From contig CAWAWS010000020.1 of the NCBI GenBank assembly GCA_963785725.1, forward strand, positions 1 through 64,000: a DNA stretch of 64,000 nucleotides, given 5' to 3'. Below are positions 17,737 through 28,463 of the stretch, piece after piece. The DNA is from an uncultured delta proteobacterium (GTDB lineage: Bacteria > Myxococcota_A > Polyangia > Palsa-1104). Position 1 is the stretch's first letter. Each line of letters starts with the position of its first letter. Made by a program: the position numbers and the translations under genes. The notes under the pieces were generated by a model. It had not been told where the DNA came from and did no database searches. It saw only the letters and a program-made list of their open reading frames with translations.

Positions 17737-18486
17737 ATGTGCCTCTTGTTGCTCGCGCTACACCGCGTCGCCGATAAGCCGTGGCTGCTGCTCGGTAACC
17801 GCGACGAATTTCACGCGCGCCCGACCGCGCCCGCCGCCGCGTGGCGCGACGCGCCCGACGTCATCGGCGGACGCGACCTGCAAGCCGACGGCTCGTGGCT
17901 GGCGCTGCACCGCAGCGGCCGCTTCGCCGCGGTCACCAACGTGCGCACCGGCGCGGCCACGCCGGCGCGGCGTTCGCGCGGCGCGCTCGTCGGCGACTTC
18001 GTCACCGGCGACGCCACCGCCGCCGACTACGTCGCCGCCATCGCCGCGCGGCGCGCGGACTATGGCCCGTTCAACCTCGTCGTCGGCGACGCGACCGCCT
18101 GGTTCGTCTCGAGCAGCGACGGTCAGCCGCGCCCGCTTACCGACGGCGTCCACGCCTTCAGCAACGGCTCGCCCGACGACGAGTGGCCCAAAATGCGCCG
18201 CCTGCGCGCCCGCTTCAACGCGACGTTGGCGAGCGGCGCGCCGCTCGACGGCGCGCTCTTGGACCTCCTCGTCGACAGCGAGCAGCCCGGCGACGACGAG
18301 CTGCCCAACACCGGCGTCGGCCTCGACCTCGAGCGGCGCCTGGCGCCCATCTTCATCCGCGGCGCCACCTACGGCACGCGCGCCAGCACCCTCGCCTACG
18401 CCCGCAGCGACGGCCACCTCGTGCTGCACGAGCGCCGCTTCGGCCCCGACGCCGTCCCGCTCGGCGAATCACAGCTGCAATTCTGA
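17737..18486 (+). CDS. NRDE (TANGO2) family protein
   Basis: MCLL...GNRDEF, GGRDL and YGTRAST motifs. Confidence 0.9.
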   Translation: MCLLLLALHRVADKPWLLLGNRDEFHARPTAPAAAWRDAPDVIGGRDLQADGSWLALHRSGRFAAVTNVRTGAATPARRSRGALVGDFVTGDATAADYVAAIAARRADYGPFNLVVGDATAWFVSSSDGQPRPLTDGVHAFSNGSPDDEWPKMRRLRARFNATLASGAPLDGALLDLLVDSEQPGDDELPNTGVGLDLERRLAPIFIRGATYGTRASTLAYARSDGHLVLHERRFGPDAVPLGESQLQF

Positions 18487-18509
18487 CGACAGCGCAGCGG
18501 CGCCGACGC

Positions 18510-19067
18510 TCAGAAGCGCAGGCTGACGCGAGCGACCGCGCCGCCGCCGCCGTTCGACAGCACGGGCTGCACCGACAGCGCCGCCAAGCGGCGCGCCTTG
18601 GCCACTTGCGCGCCGCCGACGACGTAGACGGGAATGCCGGCGATCGCCATGATCGTCCCGGCCGCTGCGGCCAGGTCGCCGAGCTCCGCCTCGCTCGTCG
18701 CCGCCGACGGCGTGCACGTCGCGTGCTCCTCATGCCCCGAGCAGTGCGAATGCGCCGCGCCGTCGATGGCGAAGCCGAGCCCGACGACGGTCAAGCCCGC
18801 GCCAATGCCCATCAACAGCGCGCCCACGAGCTTCTTATGATGTCCGCGCGCTTCCAGCTCCGCCGGATCGACGACCGCGAGCGGCGGCGCCGGCGCGTAA
18901 TACTGCGGCGGCGCCGGCGCGTAATACTGCGGCGGCGGCGCAGGCGCGTCATACTGCGGCGGCGCCGGCGCGACCTCCTGCGCAGTCACGCTACGAACGC
19001 CTTGCAGCATCACCCCATAACCGATTATCGCGCGCGCTACATGAAGCCGAATCGCCGGCCAACCCAT
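18510..19067 (-). CDS. Secreted/membrane protein with Pro/Tyr-rich repeats
   Basis: APAPPQYY repeats followed by two hydrophobic segments. Confidence 0.65.
   Translation of the reverse strand: MGWPAIRLHVARAIIGYGVMLQGVRSVTAQEVAPAPPQYDAPAPPPQYYAPAPPQYYAPAPPLAVVDPAELEARGHHKKLVGALLMGIGAGLTVVGLGFAIDGAAHSHCSGHEEHATCTPSAATSEAELGDLAAAAGTIMAIAGIPVYVVGGAQVAKARRLAALSVQPVLSNGGGGAVARVSLRF
18881..18972. repeat. About 24-bp tandem repeat encoding APAPPQY(Y/D)
   Basis: Three imperfect copies of gcggcggcgccggcgcgtaatact plus a partial copy. Confidence 0.8.
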
Positions 19068-19093
19068 ATCGTCACCTCGAACGGCGACGCATA

Positions 19094-19109
19094 AGCAGGC
19101 TGCGTGCCG
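19094..19109 (-). promoter_or_regulatory. Candidate sigma54 promoter
   Basis: CGGCACGCAGCCTGCT (GG-N10-GC) on the minus strand upstream of ATG 19067. Confidence 0.55.
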
Positions 19110-19190
19110 AATAGGACGGCGCTCAAACGGCATGAATCATTGACTACGTAATCGAGCAATACGCGCACTGCGAACGCGAGTTCACGATAA

Positions 19191-21926
19191 TCAAAGAACA
19201 GGCGCACCGTCAATTGCGGATTGAAGGGAACGCCGGGCGTGTAATGAACGTCGACCACCCCCGATCGCGTATTGACGCCATTGGCCTGCGCGAATCCGAT
19301 GCCGCAGCGATTGGCGAAGGTGCCGTCGCTGAGCTTGTTTCCCGAGCCGGCATAATAAGGATTGGCCGGATTATATGTCTCATCGAAGGTACATGAGCGA
19401 TTGCCGAGCTGCGATTCGCGCCAGGTCGAATTCAATAGGTTTTGAACGCTCAAACCCACTTCCACGAAGCGCCAACGATAAGCGGCATACAAATCGACGA
19501 TGAACCAGCTCTGCGCGATGACCCGCGACGGATCGTAGTCGGGATTGGGCCGACCATCCCACGTCTTGGCCGTGAAATATTGATATTCGGGGCTCGTTTC
19601 ATCGAATACGGGACGCGCGCCCAGATAACGAAAGCGCAATCCGCCGCGTACATGACGCCAACGACCGGTCAAGCCGCCGGTCATATAGAGCTTGGGCGCC
19701 AGCGCGATCTCGCCGCCGCGCCCGCTCGACGGCGCCGACGTCGCCGCCGCCTGCGCCAGATCGAAGTCGGCGTCGAGCCAGCTCGTCAAGCGCGCCCGCA
19801 GATCGAAGTCGAAGCCGAGGCGGCGCACCGGCGGCGGAAGGCACGAACGAGGCGATATCGGCGTCGAACTGCGTCTCGTTTTGAATATAGCTGGCCCACA
19901 CGATCGCATTGACGTCGAGGCGATTCCACAGACTCACCCGCGCGCCGATTTCGCCGGCGTAATAACGCGGAATGGCGTGCAAGACGAACGTCGAGCCGTC
20001 GCTATTGGTGATCGTTTTGCCGTCCATTAACGCGACCGGCGCCATATTCGAATGAAAGCCTTCGCCGAAGTTGAGGAACAGCTCGAGGCCATGATCGAAG
20101 TCGCGAATGGGCGTAAAGACGACGCTCGCTTTCGGCGACGGCACGCCGAACTGTCGCTGGCCGCTCGAGTTGGGCACGTTGGCCGCCAATACTTGCGATT
20201 GGTCGCTGACGACGAAGCCGAAGCCGTCGAAACGAAATCCGCCCATGACGCGCAGCCAGCGGTTGATCGTGACATCCTCCTCGATAAAGCCGGCGACATT
20301 GAGGATATCCATGTCGTCGTCGGAGGCGTCGATGCCGATCCCCGCCGAATCCTGCAGACGACCGATTCGTTGCCGCCAATCGCCGTTTTGACTGGTGTCG
20401 TGCCAGCGATCGACGTGCGCGCCGTCGTAGCGCATATCGATACCGGCCGAGGTGCGAAATACGATGCCGCGCCAGCGCTTACGCAGCTGATAAGCCAGTC
20501 GCGCACCGGCATAGACGCGCGCGTCGTCCTGCTCGATCTCGTCGCCGTTTACGGGGTCATTGAGAAAGAACGTAAAGTCATTGAACAGCGCCAAACGATA
20601 CCGCGTGACATAAGCGGTGGCATCGAAGCGGGAATCGCCGTCGTGATAGTGCGCGAAGAGGGTCAGCATTTGGCGCTCGGTCTGGCCGCCTTCGGACGGA
20701 TCTTCGGAGCCGTATTGACCGATGCGACCGACGTCGTGCGCGGGAATTTGGCCCGAGCCGTTCCAGCCCGACGAGTAGGCCTCGACGAACAGACCGATCT
20801 TGAAGTGGTCGCTGACGTCGTAGCCGAGCTTGCCGAAGAGGTTGTAGCGGGTCAGGTGCTCGGGCGCGGTGAACTCGCCATTGTCGTAAGCGACCTCGAA
20901 GGCCAGCCACGGATGCAGCTTGGACGCCCAATCGGGCAGCTTCGGCGCCAAGATGCCGACGAAGCGGCCTTGCTCGACCACTTTGCCGCTCAGCGTCGGG
21001 AAGCCGCCGACGGTGTACTGCACGCTGGATTGGTCGACCTGCTCGCGGGTGACGATGTTGAGCGTGCCGGCCGTCGAGAAGTCGCCGTAGCGCGCGTCGT
21101 AGTCGCCCTTCTCGACCTCGATGTGGTCGATGGTCTCGGTGATGAGCCAGTGTAAATCGGCGAAGCCTTGGCCGTGCGCGTGCGACGGCAAGTTGATGGG
21201 CACGCCGTCGACGTAGACGCCGACGTCGCTGCCGTGATCGGCGTCGAAGCCGCGCAGGAACAGCTGATCGGCCTTGCCGCCGCCTTGATGCTGCGTGGCC
21301 AAGAGGCCGGGCACGACGCGCAAGACGTCGTTGGGCGACGTGTGCGGGCGCAGGTCGAAGTCGTCGTTGGCGATCGTCATGGCCGAGGCCGACAGCGCCG
21401 GCGCTTTGGCGACGACCTTCGATTGATAAGCGCGCTCCTTGGCCACGACCTCGGCGGCCAGCGGCGGCGTGGCGGCGGCGGGCGGCGTCGCGGCGACTGC
21501 CGCCGCCGGCGGCGCGGCAGCGACGGCTTCGGCCGTCAAGCGCGGGTGCACGGCGAAGCGCTGCTCGAGCTCGACCGTGGACGCCGCCGGCTGGCCGTCG
21601 ACGAGCGCCGGGCTGAACCGATAGCGCCGCGCCGCCGCCACCGCCGCCTCGTCGAAGCCGAAGCCGGCGCGGCGCACGACGCGCACGTCGCTGACCTGGC
21701 CGTCGACGGCGACGTCGAGCTGCAGCCCGACGACGGCGCCGACGCCCGCGATGCGCGCCGGCTCGGGATAGACGGGCTCGGCGCGTTCGAGGAGCCGTGG
21801 CGCGACCGTCGCCGCGGCCGAATCGGGCGCCACCGGCGCGGGCGAATCCGGGGTCGGCTGCGCGAAGCTCAGGCGCGGCGCGAACGAGAAAATGACCACT
21901 ACAAAAGCACACGACCGTGCGGACAT
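19191..21926 (-). CDS. TonB-dependent receptor with a fused N-terminal TonB C-terminal domain; frameshift near 19835 and probably at the stop
   Basis: PVYPEPA...FDEAAVAA...FSPA TonB_C domain; plug HQGGGKADQLFLRGFDADHG; ORF 19037..19909 supplies the barrel end ...QLTVRLFF. Confidence 0.85.
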
Positions 21927-21964
21927 GGCGGGTCTCCCTCCTCGGGGAGCTACAGGCCGATGGC

Positions 21965-22128
21965 GACGGGTAGGTCTACTGGCTCGCAGGCTGGAGCATC
22001 GCTCCCGCAGTCGCTCCCTTCCCCCGACGTGGCCGGAGTGGTTTCGAGCGCTGCATCCTGCTTACAGTGGCGGGACCGCGTCGGTTTCGCACCGACTTCC
22101 CTGTTATGCCCGCAATCGGGCACCCGCT
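21965..22128 (-). ncRNA. Cobalamin (B12) riboswitch
   Basis: Minus strand AGGGAAGTCGGTGCGAAACCGACGCGGTCCCGCCACTGTAA...CCACT...GGGAAG...GAGCCAGTAGACCTACC, in the 5' leader of the TonB-dependent receptor. Confidence 0.93.
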
Positions 22129-22233
22129 GCCGCTATGTGAGTGGCTGTTGCTTACTCGAAATGGGCGACCGGCCGCAATCTCATTCGCGCCTGGTCGACG
22201 CTGCCGAGCGCTCGAGCGCGGGTCGCCGGCCGG

Positions 22234-22779
22234 TCACTCTTGCGCAGGCGCAGCGGCTTTGTCCTCGCGCGCGTGGCACAGCCGGTCGCGGCCGCAGCTC
22301 TCGCCCGCTTCGCAAGCGGGATTGCACTGCGGCCGGCACTTGCCGTCGGTGCAGGCGAAGCCGGGGCTGCAGATGGGGTCACAGTCGCCGTCGGCCTGCG
22401 CTTCTACTTCGGCCGCGGGCTCGACCGGACGACGCCGGAAGACGACGCCGCGCACGATGGCGCCGAGGCCGTTGATCTGCGTGACGACGAGCTCGCCGCC
22501 GGCGTGGCACACCTGCGCGCGCGCTGCCCTCACGAATTCGTCGGGATCGCGGAACGTGCCGGCCGGGCCGTCGATGGCGAGCAGGCCGATCTCGTCGTAG
22601 CCCGACTCGGGCGGGTTGGCGACGAGGCGAATGCGGCAGTCGGGCGGCAGCGCCGTGTAGCGTCGGCTGCCGGCGCGGTGAAAGACGACCTCGGCGCAGC
22701 CACACAAGGCGAGGACGACGAACGCGAGCCCGAAAACGGCGGTTAGAGCGCGAGCGCTGGAGCGCAAAGTACCCATCAT
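22234..22779 (-). CDS. Lipoprotein with a Cys-rich C-terminal domain
   Basis: Lipobox-like LCGC; CDPICSPGFACTDGKCRPQCNPAC. Confidence 0.65.
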   Translation of the reverse strand: MMGTLRSSARALTAVFGLAFVVLALCGCAEVVFHRAGSRRYTALPPDCRIRLVANPPESGYDEIGLLAIDGPAGTFRDPDEFVRAARAQVCHAGGELVVTQINGLGAIVRGVVFRRRPVEPAAEVEAQADGDCDPICSPGFACTDGKCRPQCNPACEAGESCGRDRLCHAREDKAAAPAQE

Positions 22780-22849
22780 GCCGTCATAGCAGATTTTGCC
22801 AGCGCGCAGAATGACGGGCCGCACGCGTCCACCGGCGCTCGCGCCCTTC

Positions 22850-23521
22850 TCAGCGCAGGAACAGCGCGTACGAGTTGTCGTAGATCATGACGACCGACGC
22901 GTACATGCCGAGCAGCGGAAACGTCAGCCACAGCCCGTTGAGCAGGCCGACGATGATGGCCAGGTGCGCCAGCGGATGGCCGACGTGGCGGCGGTTGAAG
23001 AAGAAGCTGCCCAGATAGACGATGGTGCCGTACCACATCTGGTAGAACGCGAGCAGCCCGATGAGGCCGAGCGCGCGCGCGGGCAGCGGCGCGTAGGTCA
23101 TGCCGTACAAGAACAGGAGCGACGGAATGAGCGTCGTGAAGCCGTTGCCGACGTCGACGAAGAAGCCGAACGAGCTCCTGTTGGCGTAGGACTCGTCGAA
23201 GCCGGCGTAGGACGTCCACACGCCGGTCCACGACGCCGGCGCCCACAGCTCGCGCAGCGACACCGTCGACGACATGAAGTGGATCGAGCGCGCGAAGGCG
23301 CGACCGGCGAACGTCTCCACCATCTCCGCGTGCCGATCGGCGACGAGATCTATGCTGAAAAAGAGGCAGATCTCCCAGAAGGCGATGATCGTGTTGAGCC
23401 ACAGGAAAAACGCCAGCATCGCTTGGTAGCCGTTGAAGAGCCCGTGCACGCGGTGGTGCAGCGCGATGGGCAGCACGGTGCCGGCGACGACGGTGAAGGC
23501 GACGATCTTCCAGACGCGCAT
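22850..23521 (-). CDS. Multi-pass membrane protein of unknown function
   Basis: Several hydrophobic segments; FFVDVGNGF motif. Confidence 0.7.
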   Translation of the reverse strand: MRVWKIVAFTVVAGTVLPIALHHRVHGLFNGYQAMLAFFLWLNTIIAFWEICLFFSIDLVADRHAEMVETFAGRAFARSIHFMSSTVSLRELWAPASWTGVWTSYAGFDESYANRSSFGFFVDVGNGFTTLIPSLLFLYGMTYAPLPARALGLIGLLAFYQMWYGTIVYLGSFFFNRRHVGHPLAHLAIIVGLLNGLWLTFPLLGMYASVVMIYDNSYALFLR

Positions 23522-23606
23522 GAAGCCTCCGCGAGGCGTGAAAGGGGAAGACGTAATGTCGCCGGCGATCGTCTGCCAGCGGGCGCGACCTGTAAAATAT
23601 CGGCAG

Positions 23607-24185
23607 CTACGGGTGACCGATCGCCGCGGCGAGCTCGGCGGCGAGCGTCGCCAGCGCTTGGCTGAGCGCCGCCACCGCCGCCGGCGCCTTGGCGTCCGTC
23701 GTCTGCTGTCGAATCCGCGCGTCCCTCGCCAGCTGCACGTTGCCGCCGCCGTCGCGCAGCTTCCAGCGCGCCGCCAGCTCGACGGCGTCGTCGGCGACGC
23801 GCTCGAAGCGCATGACCTCGACCACGACCTGGGCGTCGACGTGCTGCGAGACGTCCGGCTGCACGACGACCATCGCGTCCGGCAGCGCCGCCGCCAAGTC
23901 TTGCCGCAGCGTGCTCGTCAGCGCGTCGCCGAGCGGCTCGGCCCAGCGTTCGATGTCGGAGATGCGCAGCTGGTTGGGCCCGATGCGCGTCACCAGCTGC
24001 GACCGATCGAGATACTCCGGCAGGTGCACCGGCTCGACGCCCACGACGCGCGGCTGCGGATTGGGCGCGGCCGTCGTCGCCGTCGCCGTCAGCACGTAAT
24101 AGGTCGTCGGATCGACGCTCGGCTTCAAGAACGAGCAGCCGGCGCCCAGCAGCATCGGCAGCAACAGCAGATAGGCGCGGCGCAT
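23607..24185 (-). CDS. PqiC-like ABC auxiliary lipoprotein
   Basis: Lipobox GAGC; LPEYLDRSQLV and RWAEPL motifs. Confidence 0.85.
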   Translation of the reverse strand: MRRAYLLLLPMLLGAGCSFLKPSVDPTTYYVLTATATTAAPNPQPRVVGVEPVHLPEYLDRSQLVTRIGPNQLRISDIERWAEPLGDALTSTLRQDLAAALPDAMVVVQPDVSQHVDAQVVVEVMRFERVADDAVELAARWKLRDGGGNVQLARDARIRQQTTDAKAPAAVAALSQALATLAAELAAAIGHP

Positions 24186-25153
24186 CAGCGCTTCCTGCCG
24201 AAGATGAGCGAGCTCGGGTTGCGCTCGAGCGACTCGGCCAGCGTTTGCACGGCCTGCGCCGCGCGGTCGAACTTGACGATGGCGCGGTCGAAGTCGCCGA
24301 CCAGCTTGCCGTCGGGCGCGACGGTGCCGCGCAGCGCCGTCAAGGTCGCGCTCGCCGTCTTGGCCGTCGTCGACAGATCGGCGGCCACCGGCGTCAGCTT
24401 GGTGTCGATGTCGGCGACGGCGTCGTGCACCGACTTGACGGTCGCCGGCAGCTCGCCGAGCGCCTTCGCCAGCGACGGATTGGCCGCCAGCGCGTGCAGC
24501 GACTCGACCGACGCGCGCAGCGCCGCGACCGTCGCCGGCAGCTCGCTGAGCGCCTGCGCCAGGCCGGGATTGCCGACGAGCCGGCGCACCGTCTCCAGCG
24601 TATCGGCGATCGAGTGCGCCAGATCGGCGTTCTTGAACTGCGTCACCAAGGCGGCGAGCGCGTCGCGGGCCTCGTCGAGCGGCGTCGTGACCGTCGGCAG
24701 CTCCGGATATTCGTCGCCTTGCTCCGACAGCATGACCGGCGACTCCGGGAAATAGTCGAGATAGACGTAGAGCTGACCCGTCAACAGGCTCTGGCTGCCG
24801 AGCTGGGCGCGCAGGCCGCGCGCGACCAACACTTTGTTGAACTCCGAGGCTTCGGCGCCGAGCTCGCGCGCGCGGTGGCTGAAGATCTCGACGAAGACGG
24901 GGATGCGCGTGTCGTCGGGCTTCTGCGCGTAGCGGATGCGCACGTCGATGACTTGGCCGACGTCGACGCCGCGATATTTGACCGGCGCGCCGACGGTGAG
25001 CCCGTTGACGGAGCCTTTGAAGTAGCAGACGAAGATGAACTTCTTCTGGAACAGCGTGCCCGAGCCCCAGATGCCGACGGCGACGGCGATCAAGATGAGG
25101 CCGCAGATGACGAAGGCGCCGACGACGGTCGGGCTGGGCGGCTTCTTACTCAT
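24185..25153 (-). CDS. MlaD/MCE-domain protein
   Basis: SVNGLTVGAPVKYRGVDVGQV; LERNPSSLIFG. Confidence 0.9.
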   Translation of the reverse strand: MSKKPPSPTVVGAFVICGLILIAVAVGIWGSGTLFQKKFIFVCYFKGSVNGLTVGAPVKYRGVDVGQVIDVRIRYAQKPDDTRIPVFVEIFSHRARELGAEASEFNKVLVARGLRAQLGSQSLLTGQLYVYLDYFPESPVMLSEQGDEYPELPTVTTPLDEARDALAALVTQFKNADLAHSIADTLETVRRLVGNPGLAQALSELPATVAALRASVESLHALAANPSLAKALGELPATVKSVHDAVADIDTKLTPVAADLSTTAKTASATLTALRGTVAPDGKLVGDFDRAIVKFDRAAQAVQTLAESLERNPSSLIFGRKR

Positions 25154-25910
25154 GTTTTCGCGCCTCACCGCGGCTGAGGAACTCGGCGAGCCGCGCGTTG
25201 GGTGGTTGGGCCAGAAGCTGTCGCGGCGGGCCTTGCGCCGTCATCGTGTGCTGGCTGGCGTCGAGGAAGACGCATTCGTCACCGATGCCGAAGATGCTGG
25301 CCAGCTCGTGCGAGACGATGACGACGGTGGCGCCCAAGTTGTCGCGCAGCTGCACGATGAGCTCGTCGAGCCGCCGCGAGGTCACGGGATCGAGCCCCGC
25401 CGACGGCTCGTCGAGGAAGAGGATCTCGGGATCGAGCGCCATCGCCCGCGCCAGGCCGGCGCGCTTCTGCATGCCGCCGGAAATTTCGCTGGGATAATAG
25501 TGCTCGAAGCCGCGCAGACCGACGAGCGCCAGCTTGAGGCGCGCAATCTCGGAGATGTCGGCCGGCGGCAGCGTCGTGAACTCGCCGAGCGGCAGGGCCA
25601 CGTTCTCCTCCAGCGTCATCGACGAGAACAGGCCACCGCCCTGAAACAGCACGCCGAAGCGCCGCAGGGTCTCCTCGCGCTGCGCCTCGTCCTCGGTCGT
25701 AAAGTCGCGCTCGCCGTAATAAATCGCGCCGCCACCGACGGGACGCAGGCCGAGCATCGTGTTGAGCAGCGTGCTCTTGCCCGAGCCGCTGCCGCCGATG
25801 AGGAAGAAGATCGAGCGCCGCGGCACCGAGAAGTTGAGGTCGCGCATGATGATCGTGTCGCCGTAGCTCAGCGTCAGATCCTTGACCGTGATGTGCGCCG
25901 GCTGGCTCAT
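25146..25910 (-). CDS. MlaF-like ABC ATPase
   Basis: GGSGSGKST, ISGGMQKRAGLARA and LDEPSAGLDP motifs. Confidence 0.9.
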   Translation of the reverse strand: MSQPAHITVKDLTLSYGDTIIMRDLNFSVPRRSIFFLIGGSGSGKSTLLNTMLGLRPVGGGAIYYGERDFTTEDEAQREETLRRFGVLFQGGGLFSSMTLEENVALPLGEFTTLPPADISEIARLKLALVGLRGFEHYYPSEISGGMQKRAGLARAMALDPEILFLDEPSAGLDPVTSRRLDELIVQLRDNLGATVVIVSHELASIFGIGDECVFLDASQHTMTAQGPPRQLLAQPPNARLAEFLSRGEARKHE

Positions 25911-27040
25911 TAGACGCCCAACAAGTAGAAGAGGACGGCGAAGATGCCGTCGACGATGATGATGCCGACGATGGCGCTGACGACGGCGCGCGTCGTCGCC
26001 AGGCCGACCTCGGCGGCGCTCTTGCCGGCGCGCATGCCGTGCGCGCAGCCGGCGATGGCGACGAGCGCGCCGAACGCGCCGCTCTTGATGAAGCCGAGCC
26101 AGAACGTCGTCAGCGTGAGCGCGCCGCGCGTCTGCAGGACGTATTGGCGCACGGTGACGTCGGGCAGCCCGACGGCGACGAAGCCGCCGCCGACGATGGC
26201 CACGAAGTCCGCGTAGACGCCGAGCAGCGGCATCATCAGCGCCAGCGCCAGCATGCGCGGCAACACGAGGAAGTCGAACGGCTTGAGCCCCATCGTCGTC
26301 AGCGCGTCGACCTCTTGCGTGACCTGCATGGTGCCGAGCTGCGCGGCGTAAGACGAGCCGGTGCGGCCGGCCATGACGATGGCGGTCATGATGGGGCCGA
26401 GCTCGCGCACGACGGCGACGGCGACCCCGTTGGCGACGTAGACCGAGGCGCCGAAGGGCTTGAGCGTCACGGCGCCGACGAAGGCCAAGATCGTGCCCAA
26501 CAGGAAGCTGACGACGGTGACGATGACCAACGCCTCGGCGCCGGCGCTCTGCACCTCGGTCAAGAGGTCGATGGCGCGATAACGGGCACGTCCGCCGACG
26601 AAGCGGCCCAGCGACAGCGTCGCTTCGCCGACGAAATAGAGGAACTCGCGGACGACGGAGATCGCGCCCTCGCCGGCGATGCCGAGGCGCGCCACCCACG
26701 GAGTCAAGGGCGCCGGCGGGCGAGCGTCGGCGCCGCGCACGGCGGCGGCCAGCGTCAACAGGCGCTGCACGCCGTCGGGCAGCCCGGCGACGTCGACGGC
26801 GACACCGGCGTGCTCGGCGGCGCGCTTGGCCGACTCGACGAACGCCACCAACGTCGAATCCCAGGCCGCCAACGCGCGCGTGTCGAAGGCGAGCCGGCGC
26901 GGCGGCGGCGTCGCCGTCAGCGCGCGATCGAGCGCGTCGCGCACCTCGCGCGCGGGCAACCCCAGGCGCAGATTCCACTCGCCGGAGACGCGAACTTCGA
27001 GGCCCGAGTCGTTCGTAGGCGAGAGCTCGATGGATGGCAT
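25910..27040 (-). CDS. MlaE-like permease with an N-terminal STAS-like domain
   Basis: RELGPIMTAIVMAGRTGS, EVDAL and VGLATTRAVV motifs. Confidence 0.9.
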   Translation of the reverse strand: MPSIELSPTNDSGLEVRVSGEWNLRLGLPAREVRDALDRALTATPPPRRLAFDTRALAAWDSTLVAFVESAKRAAEHAGVAVDVAGLPDGVQRLLTLAAAVRGADARPPAPLTPWVARLGIAGEGAISVVREFLYFVGEATLSLGRFVGGRARYRAIDLLTEVQSAGAEALVIVTVVSFLLGTILAFVGAVTLKPFGASVYVANGVAVAVVRELGPIMTAIVMAGRTGSSYAAQLGTMQVTQEVDALTTMGLKPFDFLVLPRMLALALMMPLLGVYADFVAIVGGGFVAVGLPDVTVRQYVLQTRGALTLTTFWLGFIKSGAFGALVAIAGCAHGMRAGKSAAEVGLATTRAVVSAIVGIIIVDGIFAVLFYLLGV

Positions 27041-27232
27041 GCGTCAGCGGGCGGCCAGTCGCGCCCGCGGTCGATTTGTACGTGGCTTTGTCGGGCGATT
27101 CAACCATCGTCGCTGGCGCCTCTAGCCGAAGCAGCTTTCGCGCCAGCCGGCGGCCGCGCCGCCACGCCCTTCAGCGACGGGCACGCGGCAAAGAATCAGG
27201 CAGCGACAGCGGATCGTGGCAAAATTTCGCGC

Positions 27233-28003
27233 TCAGCGCGCAGCGGCGTACTCGTCATGGCGGCGCACCCAGCTGACGCCGTTGCCGTTTTCGCCCTCGT
27301 CGCGCCCTTTGGGCACGAGGTCGAGGTAGTGGTAGGCGCCGTTGAGCATGTCGAGCCCGCGGCCGTAGGTCGAGTAGGTGTGGAAGACGTGGCCGGCGGC
27401 GTCGCGGTAAAAGACGCTGATTCCCGGCAGCTCGACGCTCGTGAAGTGGCCGCCGCGCTGATAATTGTAGACGCCGCTCGACTGCGCCGCCTCCTCGTCG
27501 CTGAACGAGACGTTGAAGTCGTGGCCGAAGCGGCCGCCGGCCGTCGAAATCCAGGGAAAGCGCCAGCCCATGCGTTGGCGATAGGCGGCGATCTTGTCGG
27601 CCGGCGCCGACGAGGCGGCGATGATCGTCACGTCGCGCGCGGCCAAGTGCGACGTGATGCCGTCGAAGTGGTCCATCCAAAACGAGCACATCTTGCAGGC
27701 GGCATCTTGCGTCCAGGCGGTCTTGGCCGTCGCTTTGTGCGGGTGAAACATGGCGTGGTAGACGACCAGCTGACTGCGCCCGGCGAACAGCTGCGCGAGC
27801 GTCGTCTCCTGCCCTTCCGCCGTCGTGAAGCGATAGTCCGCCGTCACGCGCTCCCACGGCAACGCCCGCCTGAGCGCGCTGAGCTCGTCGCGCAGCCGCG
27901 TCAGCTCCTTCTCTTTCGCCAAGAGCGCCTGCCGCGCCGCGAGCCACTCCTCGTGCGACACGACGCGATGATTCTCGACCACCAGGCGACCATCATTCTT
28001 CAT
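27233..28003 (-). CDS. DUF899 thioredoxin-like protein
   Basis: WLAARQALLAKEKELTR, CKMCS, FHTYSTYGRG, LDLVPKGRDE and WVRRHD motifs. Confidence 0.9.
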   Translation of the reverse strand: MKNDGRLVVENHRVVSHEEWLAARQALLAKEKELTRLRDELSALRRALPWERVTADYRFTTAEGQETTLAQLFAGRSQLVVYHAMFHPHKATAKTAWTQDAACKMCSFWMDHFDGITSHLAARDVTIIAASSAPADKIAAYRQRMGWRFPWISTAGGRFGHDFNVSFSDEEAAQSSGVYNYQRGGHFTSVELPGISVFYRDAAGHVFHTYSTYGRGLDMLNGAYHYLDLVPKGRDEGENGNGVSWVRRHDEYAAAR

Positions 28004-28181
28004 CGGCTTTGCTCCTCGTTGGACGGTTGGGCGCGCGGCTTGCGCGGGTGCTGGGCGCGGGAAGCGCGGCGACGGCGCGTTTGCGGCGCACGAGCGTGCG
28101 CGCGACGAGCGCGGTCAGCCCGCCCGTCGAGCCGGCGCCGGCCGCGACCAGCGCCGCCGAGGCGATGCATACAGGGCACAT
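27993..28181 (-). CDS. Small CxxC peptide preceding DUF899
   Basis: MCPVCIASAALVAAGAGSTGGLTALVA; GGAGG RBS upstream; overlaps the DUF899 start. Confidence 0.65.
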   Translation of the reverse strand: MCPVCIASAALVAAGAGSTGGLTALVARTLVRRKRAVAALPAPSTRASRAPNRPTRSKADEE

Positions 28182-28201
28182 CGTCGACCTCCTTCCACCC
28201 A

Positions 28202-28235
28202 ACGACGGGCGAGCCGACCGCGCCGGGACAACTAT
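28202..28235 (-). promoter_or_regulatory. Candidate ECF sigma promoter (copy 1)
   Basis: ATAGTTGTCCCG-N16-CGTCGT, same architecture as 32393-32426. Confidence 0.75.
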
Positions 28236-28463
28236 TTCGCGCGGCCTGGCCGCACGCGCCGACAGGCAGGTCGGACGCGCAGTTGAGCAGTGTTTGGCGG
28301 GAGGGAATTCGTGCGCCGGCTGGGCGCCGACGGCCAGGAAGCGGCCGCTCGCCGAGGCTTGCGGGGCGCGCATCGGGCCCCACCCTTGCCATCAACGGGG
28401 CTCGTCGTCGCGACTGACGCAGCGCTACAGCCACACCATTTCGCCACGAAAACGAGGCCAGAC

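Noticed and set aside
19800..19870. Programmed frameshift in the TonB-dependent receptor
   Set aside because: No slippery heptamer seen; a barrel-truncated product is unlikely to be useful; an assembly indel is more parsimonious
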